Source: an uncultured virus (IMG/VR IMGVR_UViG_3300025769_011517) (taxonomy: Duplodnaviria > Heunggongvirae > Uroviricota > Caudoviricetes). Taken from it: a stretch of 64,000 nt of DNA. The position numbers were made by a program, and so were the translations under genes. Below are positions 47,056 through 55,776 of the stretch, piece after piece; the stretch's first letter is position 1; each line of letters starts with the position of its first letter. Location: IMG/VR virus record IMGVR_UViG_3300025769_011517. One strand, written 5' to 3'. The notes beneath the pieces were generated by a model. It searched no databases, was not told the origin of the DNA, and worked only from the letters and a program-made list of their open reading frames with translations.

Positions 47056-47678
47056 TTGTGCACCTTACCTGCGACTGCACACTGCCACCACCAGTAGCCG
47101 GTGACAGGCCACCGCATGTTGTTTCGTGAATCAAACCAATTAACACGGTTACCGGGCAGATCATTTTCAATGTGAGACGAGTACACCTCAACGTCTCCAA
47201 AGTGTGTTTTCATAACTTGCTCTAAACGTGCTTCGTGGCAGTTCCAGTAATGTGCCGCACCATCCCACCATTCAGGTGTAAGAGGGGGAGAAGCGACATA
47301 TGAGCCGTCATCGGCAGTATGGTACAGTTGTGCGTCAATGTCTTGATGCTCCATAACTGACTTCACCATATCCCATGGCTCTTGACCATCCTTCCACCGC
47401 TCAATTGTTCGATACACATCAGGGCCGACTGCTAACACTGGTGCTCCAGGCTTAGCCACACGAACCATTTCCTTTAGGAAGACTCCAATCTTAGTCCACG
47501 ATATGTGTTCTAACACGTGCCCTAAATAAATAGCATCAAAATAGTTATCTTCAAAAGGATACGGTTCATCACGCTTAACAAGCACGTCTGGTTTAGTCTT
47601 TTCATCTTCCCAAACGTCTGTGTTTATCCAGCCTTCAGCATAGTGATGACCACATCCAACATTTAAATAGTTACTCAT
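47052..47678 (-). CDS. Class I SAM-dependent methyltransferase
   Basis: LNVGCG..WINTD..PFEDNYFDAIYLGHVLEH..RVAKPG. Confidence 0.85.
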   Translation of the reverse strand: MSNYLNVGCGHHYAEGWINTDVWEDEKTKPDVLVKRDEPYPFEDNYFDAIYLGHVLEHISWTKIGVFLKEMVRVAKPGAPVLAVGPDVYRTIERWKDGQEPWDMVKSVMEHQDIDAQLYHTADDGSYVASPPLTPEWWDGAAHYWNCHEARLEQVMKTHFGDVEVYSSHIENDLPGNRVNWFDSRNNMRWPVTGYWWWQCAVAGKVHK

Positions 47679-47687
47679 ATTATCTCC

Positions 47688-48038
47688 TTAAAATTTAACT
47701 TGCGATCTTACATTTGCAGCAATAGTCCGCAAAGCGTCACAAGCAGTTCTCAAAGAATGTAACTTTTCTCGCTTGGCTTTAACTAGCGCCTCCGCAACTT
47801 GTGCGTCATAGTACAATTCGCTGGTCTTATACCCGGCCCAGCTTTCTTTTTGCTTTACAGCACCTTCAGCAGCAAGATATTCTTTAAACCACTGCTTCTT
47901 ATACTCAGCTTCTTTTACAGCATGATCTTTTGCCAACGTTTCAAACGCTTCTGTCTCAGACTCAATATCAGCTGTAAGACGAATCAACTCAGATTCAACT
48001 TCAACTGAACTGATAGGTGCCGTGCGGGAATAATTCAT
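47688..48038 (-). CDS. Hypothetical helical protein
   Basis: 116-aa ORF with TAGAAT-6 nt-ATG. Confidence 0.65.
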   Translation of the reverse strand: MNYSRTAPISSVEVESELIRLTADIESETEAFETLAKDHAVKEAEYKKQWFKEYLAAEGAVKQKESWAGYKTSELYYDAQVAEALVKAKREKLHSLRTACDALRTIAANVRSQVKF

Positions 48039-48047
48039 AACTGTATT

Positions 48048-48428
48048 CTACCCATTACTAGCCAAATCGTCAAGGGCAGATTGTAGACGAACAACCTCCA
48101 ATGACCAATCAACTGCAACGCCAGGGACGCCTCGCTCAATCAAATCATCAATATGATCTGAACCTAACTCTTGCTCTATCCACCTAGACCAAAGTATCGG
48201 ATTCTTGCTTTGCTTCCAATGACACGACGCACACAAAGCAACGGCATTACGCTCATCAGTCCTAGTAGCAGACACACTACGAGAAATAATATGTGCACAC
48301 TGAATCTGCTTACCATCTTTCTTAGAGACACCACACCATCGACAAGTGAAATTATCTCTAGTGCGTACTAGCAAACTATGCAGTTTCGTGGCTTTGGCTT
48401 TATCTTGATGGCCGTACTTTGCAGGCAT
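48048..48428 (-). CDS. NinG/Rap-like HNH endonuclease
   Basis: VRTRDNFTCRWCG..QCAHIISR..TRTDERNAVALCASCH; start MPAKY. Confidence 0.75.
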   Translation of the reverse strand: MPAKYGHQDKAKATKLHSLLVRTRDNFTCRWCGVSKKDGKQIQCAHIISRSVSATRTDERNAVALCASCHWKQSKNPILWSRWIEQELGSDHIDDLIERGVPGVAVDWSLEVVRLQSALDDLASNG

Positions 48429-48429
48429 G

Positions 48430-49329
48430 CTAAAGAGGAATATTTTGGTTGATAGGGAAAAACCATCCCCCATCTTCAAACTGGTGAGCGGTAGGCATGT
48501 CGGGTCTATGATTCACACCTGAATAGTGAATGATAGCAGTCTCTCGCCACAAGTCAGGATTATTAGGCAACGAACCTCTGTGCATTAACCTCGCATGCCA
48601 TACTAGAACATCTCCCTTCTTTGCCAAAAACTTTTCAGTCTTCATCTCTCCACGATCAAGTAAATCTTCAAACATGGGTGTGAGAAAGCGTTCAGAATAC
48701 TTAGGCCACATGGGGTCAGTGCGTTCTTTAACTTCTAGCCGAGCCAGCGTTTGGTCTTGCGTAATGATAGGTAACACATGCGAACCACGCACAAACTCAA
48801 ATGGGCCTGAGTCTTCATGGACATCATCCAGCGCTATCCACACCGCCAAATAGTGATCTTTGTTTGAATCCGGGTTTAAGTATCCATCTTGATGCCAGTT
48901 TCTTTGAGTTGACTTCCAGCCGGTAAGATTCAAATGAACTCCCATATCGTCACCGATCAAATGCGAGAGAATATCGTGGAGCGGCTTGTAGGTAGCTAGA
49001 CGCATCAAGCTTTCAACTTGAAAATATGCACACTCTCCAGGGTAACCCATAGGTCGATCATGATTGATCCTATTGTGTTGAATCCAGTCAGACCTATAGG
49101 CTTCAATCATGTCGTCAGGAAAAAACGAATCTAAAATGACAACACCGTCACTGCGCCACTGCTTTTGTAAATCTGATAGAAAATCAGTGTTTACTTCTTC
49201 ACGGTCAAGGTGCGGAAGTTCGTCGTCTTGAAAATTGCCTGATAAAGAATTGATCTCATCAAGCAAATCAGGATGTTCAATTGTTTTGGAACCAAGAAGG
49301 TTCTGTAGGAGTACCTGACGACCATTCAT
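48430..49329 (-). CDS. PhyH-family Fe(II)/2-oxoglutarate dioxygenase
   Basis: WHQD, VWIALDDV..SGPFEFVRGSH, KKGDVLVWHARLMHRG..R; probable start MNGRQ. Confidence 0.88.
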   Translation of the reverse strand: MNGRQVLLQNLLGSKTIEHPDLLDEINSLSGNFQDDELPHLDREEVNTDFLSDLQKQWRSDGVVILDSFFPDDMIEAYRSDWIQHNRINHDRPMGYPGECAYFQVESLMRLATYKPLHDILSHLIGDDMGVHLNLTGWKSTQRNWHQDGYLNPDSNKDHYLAVWIALDDVHEDSGPFEFVRGSHVLPIITQDQTLARLEVKERTDPMWPKYSERFLTPMFEDLLDRGEMKTEKFLAKKGDVLVWHARLMHRGSLPNNPDLWRETAIIHYSGVNHRPDMPTAHQFEDGGWFFPINQNIPL

Positions 49330-49753
49330 GTCTAAGCCTTTCTGCTTCGTTGAACCCTGCACTAGTATTGCACCAGCTTTCTAAATGCAAACCTAAGCGT
49401 TCAGCATCTTTGGGTTCTGTTGTTATTCTATTATGACAAGGGCGGCAAACTGCTAACAAATTTCGCCGCTCTGTAATTGATCCGCCTTGCGATCTGTTTA
49501 CAAGCTCATGTATGTCACGAGTTTTATTGACATTAACAATTATATTTGACTGCTTTCCGTTGTGTAGGTCAAACGCAGCCCACAGTTTACACGCTACACA
49601 ATTTGGTTGCGCCGCAAGCATCTCTTGCACAATCTCTCTGCGTTCAACATATAAGTCTTTTGTTTTCTTAGACCTACGAGCCAACGGGGTGCGCTTTAAC
49701 TGACTACTCCCACGTTTAAGAGGTGTGCGTTTTAAAGGTTTGCCCCGCTTCAT
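49277..49753 (-). CDS. HNH endonuclease
   Basis: Basic KRTPLKR repeats, CVAC..DIHE..RSQGG..NLLAVCRPCHNRI. Confidence 0.8.
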   Translation of the reverse strand: MKRGKPLKRTPLKRGSSQLKRTPLARRSKKTKDLYVERREIVQEMLAAQPNCVACKLWAAFDLHNGKQSNIIVNVNKTRDIHELVNRSQGGSITERRNLLAVCRPCHNRITTEPKDAERLGLHLESWCNTSAGFNEAERLRHEWSSGTPTEPSWFQNN

Positions 49754-50844
49754 TTCGCACGCTCTACTAAAGATTTAATATTGGTGTACAACCGGTCAGC
49801 CCCAATTTTGCTATCAAACTTACGGACATTTTCACGGTTCTTGGCTGCAACTTTTTTACGATAATCGCAATCAGTAAATTTCTTTAACTCTTTAACATAG
49901 TCTGCAGGCTTAGATGCCAACACACCAATATCGTGCTTTTGTGTCAATTCTTCATACTGTGGAGACCACGAGCAAACAAAAGGAACACCAGCAGCAGCAT
50001 ACTCTAGTCCTTTAATATACGACTTAGCATGATTAAAAGCAATGTCAGTTAAAGGTACGATGCCTGCATCAAATTTTATGCCGGTATTAAGTTCATAGGG
50101 AGGTACAAAAGGAGAAGTCGTGGTGTTACCTCCTTCAACCCCAAGTTCTTTAGTAAACCTTGGCCAGCCTGGAGCTTCTATATGCCCTGTGTGGTGCCAA
50201 CTAGCAAACTTCGAGATTTGAGAAGTATATGGCTTTAGAATTTGTAGATCACCGCTGCGATGAGCTGTTGAACCCATCCACCCTACAACAATTTTCAGTT
50301 TAGGCTCGTGCTCGTATGCTTTCGCAAACATACCGGTATCAACATAGTTGGTGTGAAGAACCGTGTTTTCATTCCACTCCCGCATACGGTTAAATAAGAA
50401 CGGAGTAGACGCAATAACGCCATCTGAGTTCTTAATAATGTTTTCATACCATTTGATATTTTCATCAGGGTTCTTCAAAGGATCAGACGCATCATACGCA
50501 TGATTCTTCTTACTTAATCCCCAATACCAGTCATCTACATCTTGAAGAACTATCTGACCAGCCGCTTGCGCTCTCTTCATATCAGGCAAAACCTGCTTAT
50601 GCATGTAACGCTGCATCACAATAACATCACAATCGAAATAGTCGTTACCGTCCCAAGAATGAACACCAAAAGTTCCAGTCCTAGAGTTATGGGCTAAAAT
50701 CCCAACAACAGTCTCAATCCCAGTACCCTTATAATGCTTAATGTACTGACCGATTCTGATATAGCCCGACCCGCCCATAACAGGTCGGCCCAAAGCATCA
50801 AGAGCCGTGCGAGACCAATCGTTAGAAGCAAACCCAATCTTCAT
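49750..50844 (-). CDS. Glycosyltransferase (GT-B fold)
   Basis: YIRIGQY..VIVMQR..DVDDWYW..VGWMGSTAHRSGDL..DAGIVPL..FNHAKSYIKGLEYAAAGVP; start MKIGF. Confidence 0.85.
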   Translation of the reverse strand: MKIGFASNDWSRTALDALGRPVMGGSGYIRIGQYIKHYKGTGIETVVGILAHNSRTGTFGVHSWDGNDYFDCDVIVMQRYMHKQVLPDMKRAQAAGQIVLQDVDDWYWGLSKKNHAYDASDPLKNPDENIKWYENIIKNSDGVIASTPFLFNRMREWNENTVLHTNYVDTGMFAKAYEHEPKLKIVVGWMGSTAHRSGDLQILKPYTSQISKFASWHHTGHIEAPGWPRFTKELGVEGGNTTTSPFVPPYELNTGIKFDAGIVPLTDIAFNHAKSYIKGLEYAAAGVPFVCSWSPQYEELTQKHDIGVLASKPADYVKELKKFTDCDYRKKVAAKNRENVRKFDSKIGADRLYTNIKSLVERAK

Positions 50845-51296
50845 TAGAACTTCCACTCTCCATCCAGCGCAGCATACAAGCAATCGTCGCCTTCCGTGCT
50901 CTCAAGACCTTCTTCTGCATGCCACTGTCGATGCGCCATAATCGCATCTCGCAAAAACGTGGCCAACGAAAGAGACGGATCAGCATCTGCGCCCAACGCT
51001 AACAACCTGTCAGCTTCAGCCAAACGCTTCTCAGCATAAAACCTAAAGCGAACAGCCTTATCTCGCTGCTCGTCCAAACTTGCAGCAGGGTCAACAACGA
51101 AATCCGAATAGGTATTTCTTAAGCGATTGATTTCTTCCTCAAGACCATCTATCTTAGTTGTCACCGTGTCAATAATTGTCAACAAGCAGTCTCGCCACTT
51201 CACCCTGTTCTCGGGCAAACGCAAAAAGTCTTTGTCGTGCTGAGCAAGCTTATTTTTAACATCTTCAGAAACCAAAAGTTCAAACGTCTCACTCAT
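50844..51296 (-). CDS. Hypothetical protein
   Basis: 150-aa coupled ORF. Confidence 0.65.
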   Translation of the reverse strand: MSETFELLVSEDVKNKLAQHDKDFLRLPENRVKWRDCLLTIIDTVTTKIDGLEEEINRLRNTYSDFVVDPAASLDEQRDKAVRFRFYAEKRLAEADRLLALGADADPSLSLATFLRDAIMAHRQWHAEEGLESTEGDDCLYAALDGEWKF

Positions 51297-52087
51297 CGCT
51301 TCGCCCCAAACTCAGGACAGATAGACTGATAATCACACCAGTTGCAAAGAGGGCCAGTCCGGGTTTCAAACTCACCCGACTCACACATGGACTTCACTTG
51401 ATCCCATGTGTTACGAACCTCAACACGAACAGCATTCTCAAGCTCTTCGTCCACGTCATAACGTGCAAACTGGCCAGATTTAACGTAGAGCAGCTCTGCA
51501 CGCTTAACGTCCATACCTGTCATCTCTTTAAGAAGAATGCTATAGATCGTAATCTGCATCTTCTTCTCCCACTCGTACTGCTTGCGAGGCTTCTTACCTG
51601 TCTTGTAATCCGAGATTACTAGCTTACCGTCCTCAATCGTGTAACGGTCAATGATGCCAAAGATGGGTACGCCATCAATGTCGCCGTCCATCTTGGCTTC
51701 AATACCTTCAGCGTCAAACTTCGTGGGGTCTTCCATCCCGAAGTAGTTTTCGATACACCACCAAGCCTTCCACTTAAATGCATTAGGATCATCTTCACGA
51801 TCAGCCAAAGCAAAGTACTCATCAGCCCACTTTGACTCCCACAAGCTCTTCGCTAAACGACTCGCAGCCTTTTCTGTCCGCTCTTCCGCAGGAAGCTTAA
51901 ACAACTCTTCCAACACTTCATGAACAAACGAACCCAGATGCTGCGCTTCAGTAGACTCCGATGGAAGCTTATCTAGTTTTGAAAACTTAAACTTTAACGG
52001 ACACTGCTGAAACGTGCTGATAGAACTAGGCGACATGTACCTCGGATACTCATAAGGCAACGGACCTAAATCCAAACTATCCTGCAT
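51293..52087 (-). CDS. RecB-like PD-(D/E)XK exonuclease
   Basis: SPSSISTFQQCP..GSFVHEVLE..GIIDR..ISDYKTG..QITIY..LCNWCDYQSICP; start MQDSL. Confidence 0.9.
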   Translation of the reverse strand: MQDSLDLGPLPYEYPRYMSPSSISTFQQCPLKFKFSKLDKLPSESTEAQHLGSFVHEVLEELFKLPAEERTEKAASRLAKSLWESKWADEYFALADREDDPNAFKWKAWWCIENYFGMEDPTKFDAEGIEAKMDGDIDGVPIFGIIDRYTIEDGKLVISDYKTGKKPRKQYEWEKKMQITIYSILLKEMTGMDVKRAELLYVKSGQFARYDVDEELENAVRVEVRNTWDQVKSMCESGEFETRTGPLCNWCDYQSICPEFGAKR

Positions 52088-52751
52088 CAGTGTCAGCCCC
52101 TGCCTGCGTTTCGCTGCTCTCAGCATTCATCGACTTAACAAAATCCAACATAGTCTTCAGCAAGTCACGAGTAATATTCTCATTCGCAAACTCAGCATTG
52201 TTAGAAATCTCTGACCAATGCGCACGACAAGCATCCATAACACTCTGCGACTGACTGTTCAGTACTTCTCGCAACTTCTCAAAATGCTCCGCTGAAATAG
52301 GCTGCTCAGCTACCTCTTGAGCATACTCTAAACTCATTGACTCTTCAGAACGAGCAAGATACAAACCGACACCGAAGTGCTGCGCTGCCTTCTTCAAAGC
52401 ATCAGACACCGCTCCCTTCATCTCGTCGCCAAGATCAACAATGTCACCATTCTTCGTGCGCTTAATCTTCTGACCGCCAATACCGTCCTTAACGACAGTT
52501 AGCGCAGGCGCATTATCCGTGGGAACAAAAGTAGCAGTGAGTCGGACATGTGCAACAACATAGTCAGGGTCCAAAGTATCACGGGCACACGAAACAATAT
52601 GGTAAGACCACATGTCCACACCTAGTACCCGATTTAATCTAGTAATCACCTCACTAACAGGAATATACGTAAGGCTTGCCCCGCCCTTCTTTAGCTGCTT
52701 CTCAACCGAAGGGTCAAAAGGCTCTGATAACGCTGATAACATATTACTCAC
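52077..52751 (-). CDS. Rad52/Rad22-family single-strand annealing protein
   Basis: LTYIPVSEVITRLNRVLG..W..KGAVSDALKKAAQHFGVGLYL. Confidence 0.88.
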   Translation of the reverse strand: MSNMLSALSEPFDPSVEKQLKKGGASLTYIPVSEVITRLNRVLGVDMWSYHIVSCARDTLDPDYVVAHVRLTATFVPTDNAPALTVVKDGIGGQKIKRTKNGDIVDLGDEMKGAVSDALKKAAQHFGVGLYLARSEESMSLEYAQEVAEQPISAEHFEKLREVLNSQSQSVMDACRAHWSEISNNAEFANENITRDLLKTMLDFVKSMNAESSETQAGADTDAG

Positions 52752-53266
52752 TTGTCTCTCCTAATAACTAGACTCTTCTTAGCTTCGCCAACTTCACAGT
52801 AATCATCTGCATCCAAATGAAGGTCCTTCAACTTAGAAACCTTCCAATACGAAATACCGGCAAACTCCAACGCCTCACGAATCATATCCGTGGGAGTCTT
52901 CACAATTTCACCGGTACTCATATCGACACTGCTGTCAACAATACGCTTACTTACATCTTCAATCAATGACTTATGATCCCATGTCTTACGAGGTGAACCT
53001 GCCTTAATCTCAACAGTCGCCCCATCAACTTGAACAGGAACAGGAACATTACCAAGCTGCTCCGTAATCATAGACTGAAGCTCATTAAACAACTCAGTCG
53101 TGTACGACTTAACCAAATGCATATCACTCGCCAACTGCATCGTCTCTTCAACAGACGCATAATCCAAATTTGAGGTGTCTTTCATCTCTAGTATGTCACG
53201 CTCAACTGAACGAAGCGCCGTATAAACTGACTTCAAAGATGCAGTCGGATTTTCTAATACTGACAT
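52748..53266 (-). CDS. Hypothetical protein of the recombination module
   Basis: 172-aa ORF, AAGGAG RBS, coupled to the SSAP gene. Confidence 0.65.
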   Translation of the reverse strand: MSVLENPTASLKSVYTALRSVERDILEMKDTSNLDYASVEETMQLASDMHLVKSYTTELFNELQSMITEQLGNVPVPVQVDGATVEIKAGSPRKTWDHKSLIEDVSKRIVDSSVDMSTGEIVKTPTDMIREALEFAGISYWKVSKLKDLHLDADDYCEVGEAKKSLVIRRDK

Positions 53267-53296
53267 TATGTCTCCTTAATAAATAGTATCAACCAT

Positions 53297-53325
53297 AGAC
53301 TACCCAAAACAACTGCAGTAGTCAA
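53297..53325 (-). promoter_or_regulatory. Sigma-A-type promoter
   Basis: TTGACT-17 nt-TAGTCT. Confidence 0.7.
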
Positions 53326-53714
53326 GCCTCATCATCTAGTAAACGCTTCAACGCAGACTCAAAACTGACCTCATCAGGATCATTTGAGTACACAAATATA
53401 ACATCATTCAATATTGCATCAAGCTCCTTAGCCAACAACTTGATCGCCATCTCCCGCACATCCGCAGGCTCATCAGAATCATAACGTTCTCTTACCGTGG
53501 ATGCTATCTCAGAAGCAATCGCTTCATCCACATAGTCATCTAAATACTCTTGCGCCACAACAATCTGCATCTCTTTCTTTTTCCACATTACCAGATCGTA
53601 GTCTTTATCATTAATAGCACCACGTGGAGCAGTCAAGAACGTGACCTCAATCTGCCCACGTTTAACAACTGCTAACACATCACTGTCAAACTCATCAGCC
53701 CAATCATAAATCAT
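53322..53714 (-). CDS. Hypothetical acidic protein
   Basis: 130-aa ORF coupled to whiB. Confidence 0.6.
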   Translation of the reverse strand: MIYDWADEFDSDVLAVVKRGQIEVTFLTAPRGAINDKDYDLVMWKKKEMQIVVAQEYLDDYVDEAIASEIASTVRERYDSDEPADVREMAIKLLAKELDAILNDVIFVYSNDPDEVSFESALKRLLDDEA

Positions 53715-53935
53715 GAATTAACTAACCTGTCCAACTCTGGCCCGGTCTTACCACCCCACACACCAATCGTGATTTTATTCGTGACTGCAAAATCTAAGCA
53801 CTTAGCAGAAGCGGTACAACCTGCACAAACCTTAACGGCGCTCTTGCGTTGCGACGGCTTGCTCGAAAAAAACGTTCGGTCATTACCCCGACACGGCGCA
53901 CTCTCAAACCACTCAGGGCTAGAAAGTTTAATCAT
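53711..53935 (-). CDS. whiB: WhiB-family transcription factor
   Basis: W..APC..FF..AVKVCAGCTASAKCLDFA..GVWGG: four Cys plus GVWGG. Confidence 0.92.
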   Translation of the reverse strand: MIKLSSPEWFESAPCRGNDRTFFSSKPSQRKSAVKVCAGCTASAKCLDFAVTNKITIGVWGGKTGPELDRLVNS

Positions 53936-54013
53936 AAATCTCCTTAATTATAAACAACATACGTGTAATATCATACCTGTCACCCGTCAAGGAGACAAGC
54001 CAAAACCTACCCC

Positions 54014-54042
54014 TTGACCTGCGCCGTCGAAGCCAGTAGCAT
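54014..54042 (+). promoter_or_regulatory. Sigma-A-type promoter upstream of the structured non-coding region
   Basis: TTGACC-17 nt-TAGCAT. Confidence 0.7.
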
Positions 54043-54083
54043 ACTCACAAACTACTACACAAGGAGCACACTGCCACAAGACT

Positions 54084-54481
54084 GCAGCCGGGTAATCCCG
54101 ATGACATAAACGTTCACTGAAGGACCGGTGGGTTACACTCGTTACGCAACTGGTACTAACACTTAAGAAACAAGAGGGCACGCCTGCCCAAAGAGGAACG
54201 ATCTGAATCGCACGATAAACTGGACACACATCCTTGACGAGATGCCAGTCACTGCACGGAGAACATCAAGCCTTGAGGAACAGGTTCGGAACAAGCAAAC
54301 GCCCATGCGGTTCCGGCACACGGGCTACTAGAGCCATATCTAGGGAGAGTGGGCATCGCTGAAAAAGATAGGCGGTGCTTGGGGTCCATGAAGTGAACAG
54401 CCTTGAATAAACCAATTGGGTTCGTCCCAGCCTCTCGTGCGTTAGCGTCAACTACCACACGAAAGGGAGGGAAAACGCTGC
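54084..54481 (+). ncRNA. Candidate large structured non-coding RNA (about 400 nt)
   Basis: No credible ORF; terminal pairing gcagc/gctgc; long-range gttcact/agtgaac and ggacc/ggtcc; at least 8 local stems; own promoter. Confidence 0.5.
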
Positions 54482-54503
54482 CAAAAACGAGTAGGATAAA
54501 CGC

Positions 54504-55037
54504 ATGTATGAAAACATCAAACTAGAATGGCAACAACACACTTTACAGCCCCTAAAGGGCAAGCCAGTCATGGAAGTTTTGCTTCGTGGACTTGAGTTTT
54601 TAGATGACTACTGGCTGTCTGCAGGAACGTTGCTGGGGCTAGAAAGAGACAACGAGTTCATTCCCCATGACACCGATCTAGACATTGCTGTTATGGGTTA
54701 CTGGGATAAAGCACGACTACCAGAAGAAGAGTTCTTTGCAGGAAGAGTTGTCAGTGATGGCGACAGGCCGATGCAAGCAGCGTATGTACATAAGGACACA
54801 AACATAGTTTTTGACGTGCTTCATTGGTGGCCGCACCCAACAGATACTGAACTTTTAATAAATATTAAAGAAGACGGTCATCTAATCAGACCAAAGCACC
54901 TAGTCTCTCCCCTATCAACCAAAAATTATTTAGGTCACGAATTTAGCGTGCCTAACGATATTGATGGTTATTTAACTGATTGGTATGACACGTGGCGCAT
55001 CCCTCAAAGAGGAGGCAAGACTAAATGGCTAAAGTAG
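54504..55037 (+). CDS. LicD-family nucleotidyl/phosphotransferase
   Basis: YWLSAGTLLGLERDNEFIPHDTDLDIAV..FSVPNDIDGYLTDWYDTWRIP. Confidence 0.88.
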   Translation: MYENIKLEWQQHTLQPLKGKPVMEVLLRGLEFLDDYWLSAGTLLGLERDNEFIPHDTDLDIAVMGYWDKARLPEEEFFAGRVVSDGDRPMQAAYVHKDTNIVFDVLHWWPHPTDTELLINIKEDGHLIRPKHLVSPLSTKNYLGHEFSVPNDIDGYLTDWYDTWRIPQRGGKTKWLK

Positions 55038-55444
55038 CACTCACTGCAGCAATAATGGACTTGTGTCATGAGGGACACATCAAACTTTTAAAGCACATGA
55101 AAGCTAGTGCTGATGTTGTAGTTGTAGTTTTACACTCCGACGAATCTTGTTGGAGCATTAAAGGCAAAATACCAATCCAAACACTAGATCACAGAAAGAA
55201 CAACCTAAAAATAACGGGTTTGGTTGACAATGTACTTGTCACCTACACAGATGACCCAAGCGCATCTTTCAAAGAAGCTTTTGATGCCTATCCAGACCAC
55301 GAGTTTATTTTCATTCGAGGGAATGACAACTATGATTTCCCAGGAAAAGAAACAATTCTTGAACTAGGAATACCTATTGAATTTACGGAGTACACAGCAG
55401 GAATTAGCAGCACTCAGATAAGAAATGAACTACTATGCGACTAA
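55025..55444 (+). CDS. Cytidylyltransferase (TagD-like)
   Basis: DLCHEGHIKLL (HxGH), VVLHSDE, RGND, YTAGISSTQIR. Confidence 0.88.
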   Translation: MAKVALTAAIMDLCHEGHIKLLKHMKASADVVVVVLHSDESCWSIKGKIPIQTLDHRKNNLKITGLVDNVLVTYTDDPSASFKEAFDAYPDHEFIFIRGNDNYDFPGKETILELGIPIEFTEYTAGISSTQIRNELLCD

Positions 55445-55767
55445 TATGGTTACTAGCGGCACATCATTTTGCCGATGTTGCGCTTCAACCAGACTGGTTG
55501 ATAAAGTTAAAGTCAAAGCGACTGTTTGCAATTTTTGAACACGTTATGGTATACACAGGAGTTGTATGCGCTACCCTGTATTGGTTGGGAGATACAGTCA
55601 CGCCTTGGATATTTGCGTACTTTGCTGTAGGGCACTGGCTAACAGACGCATTCTTCTACCAGTTTCTTCCGTGGAAAACTGGAAAGCCCAAACCTTACTG
55701 GCATGTTTACCCTGACCAAGCACTCCACTATTTACAAATAGTGCTTTATCTTCTGCTAATAGCCTAG
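55435..55767 (+). CDS. DUF3307-like membrane protein
   Basis: AHHFADVALQ..EHVMVY..GHWLTD..DQALHYLQ. Confidence 0.8.
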   Translation: MRLIWLLAAHHFADVALQPDWLIKLKSKRLFAIFEHVMVYTGVVCATLYWLGDTVTPWIFAYFAVGHWLTDAFFYQFLPWKTGKPKPYWHVYPDQALHYLQIVLYLLLIA

Positions 55768-55776
55768 ATTTATTTT

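Noticed and set aside
51293..52087. Cas4/CRISPR system
   Set aside because: No repeat-spacer array or other cas genes seen; the nuclease is coupled to an SSAP as a recombination exonuclease.
53987..54458. Short minus-strand ORFs (80, 69, 61 aa)
   Set aside because: Overlapping frames, no RBS or leaderless signal, atypical composition; region is better explained as non-coding.
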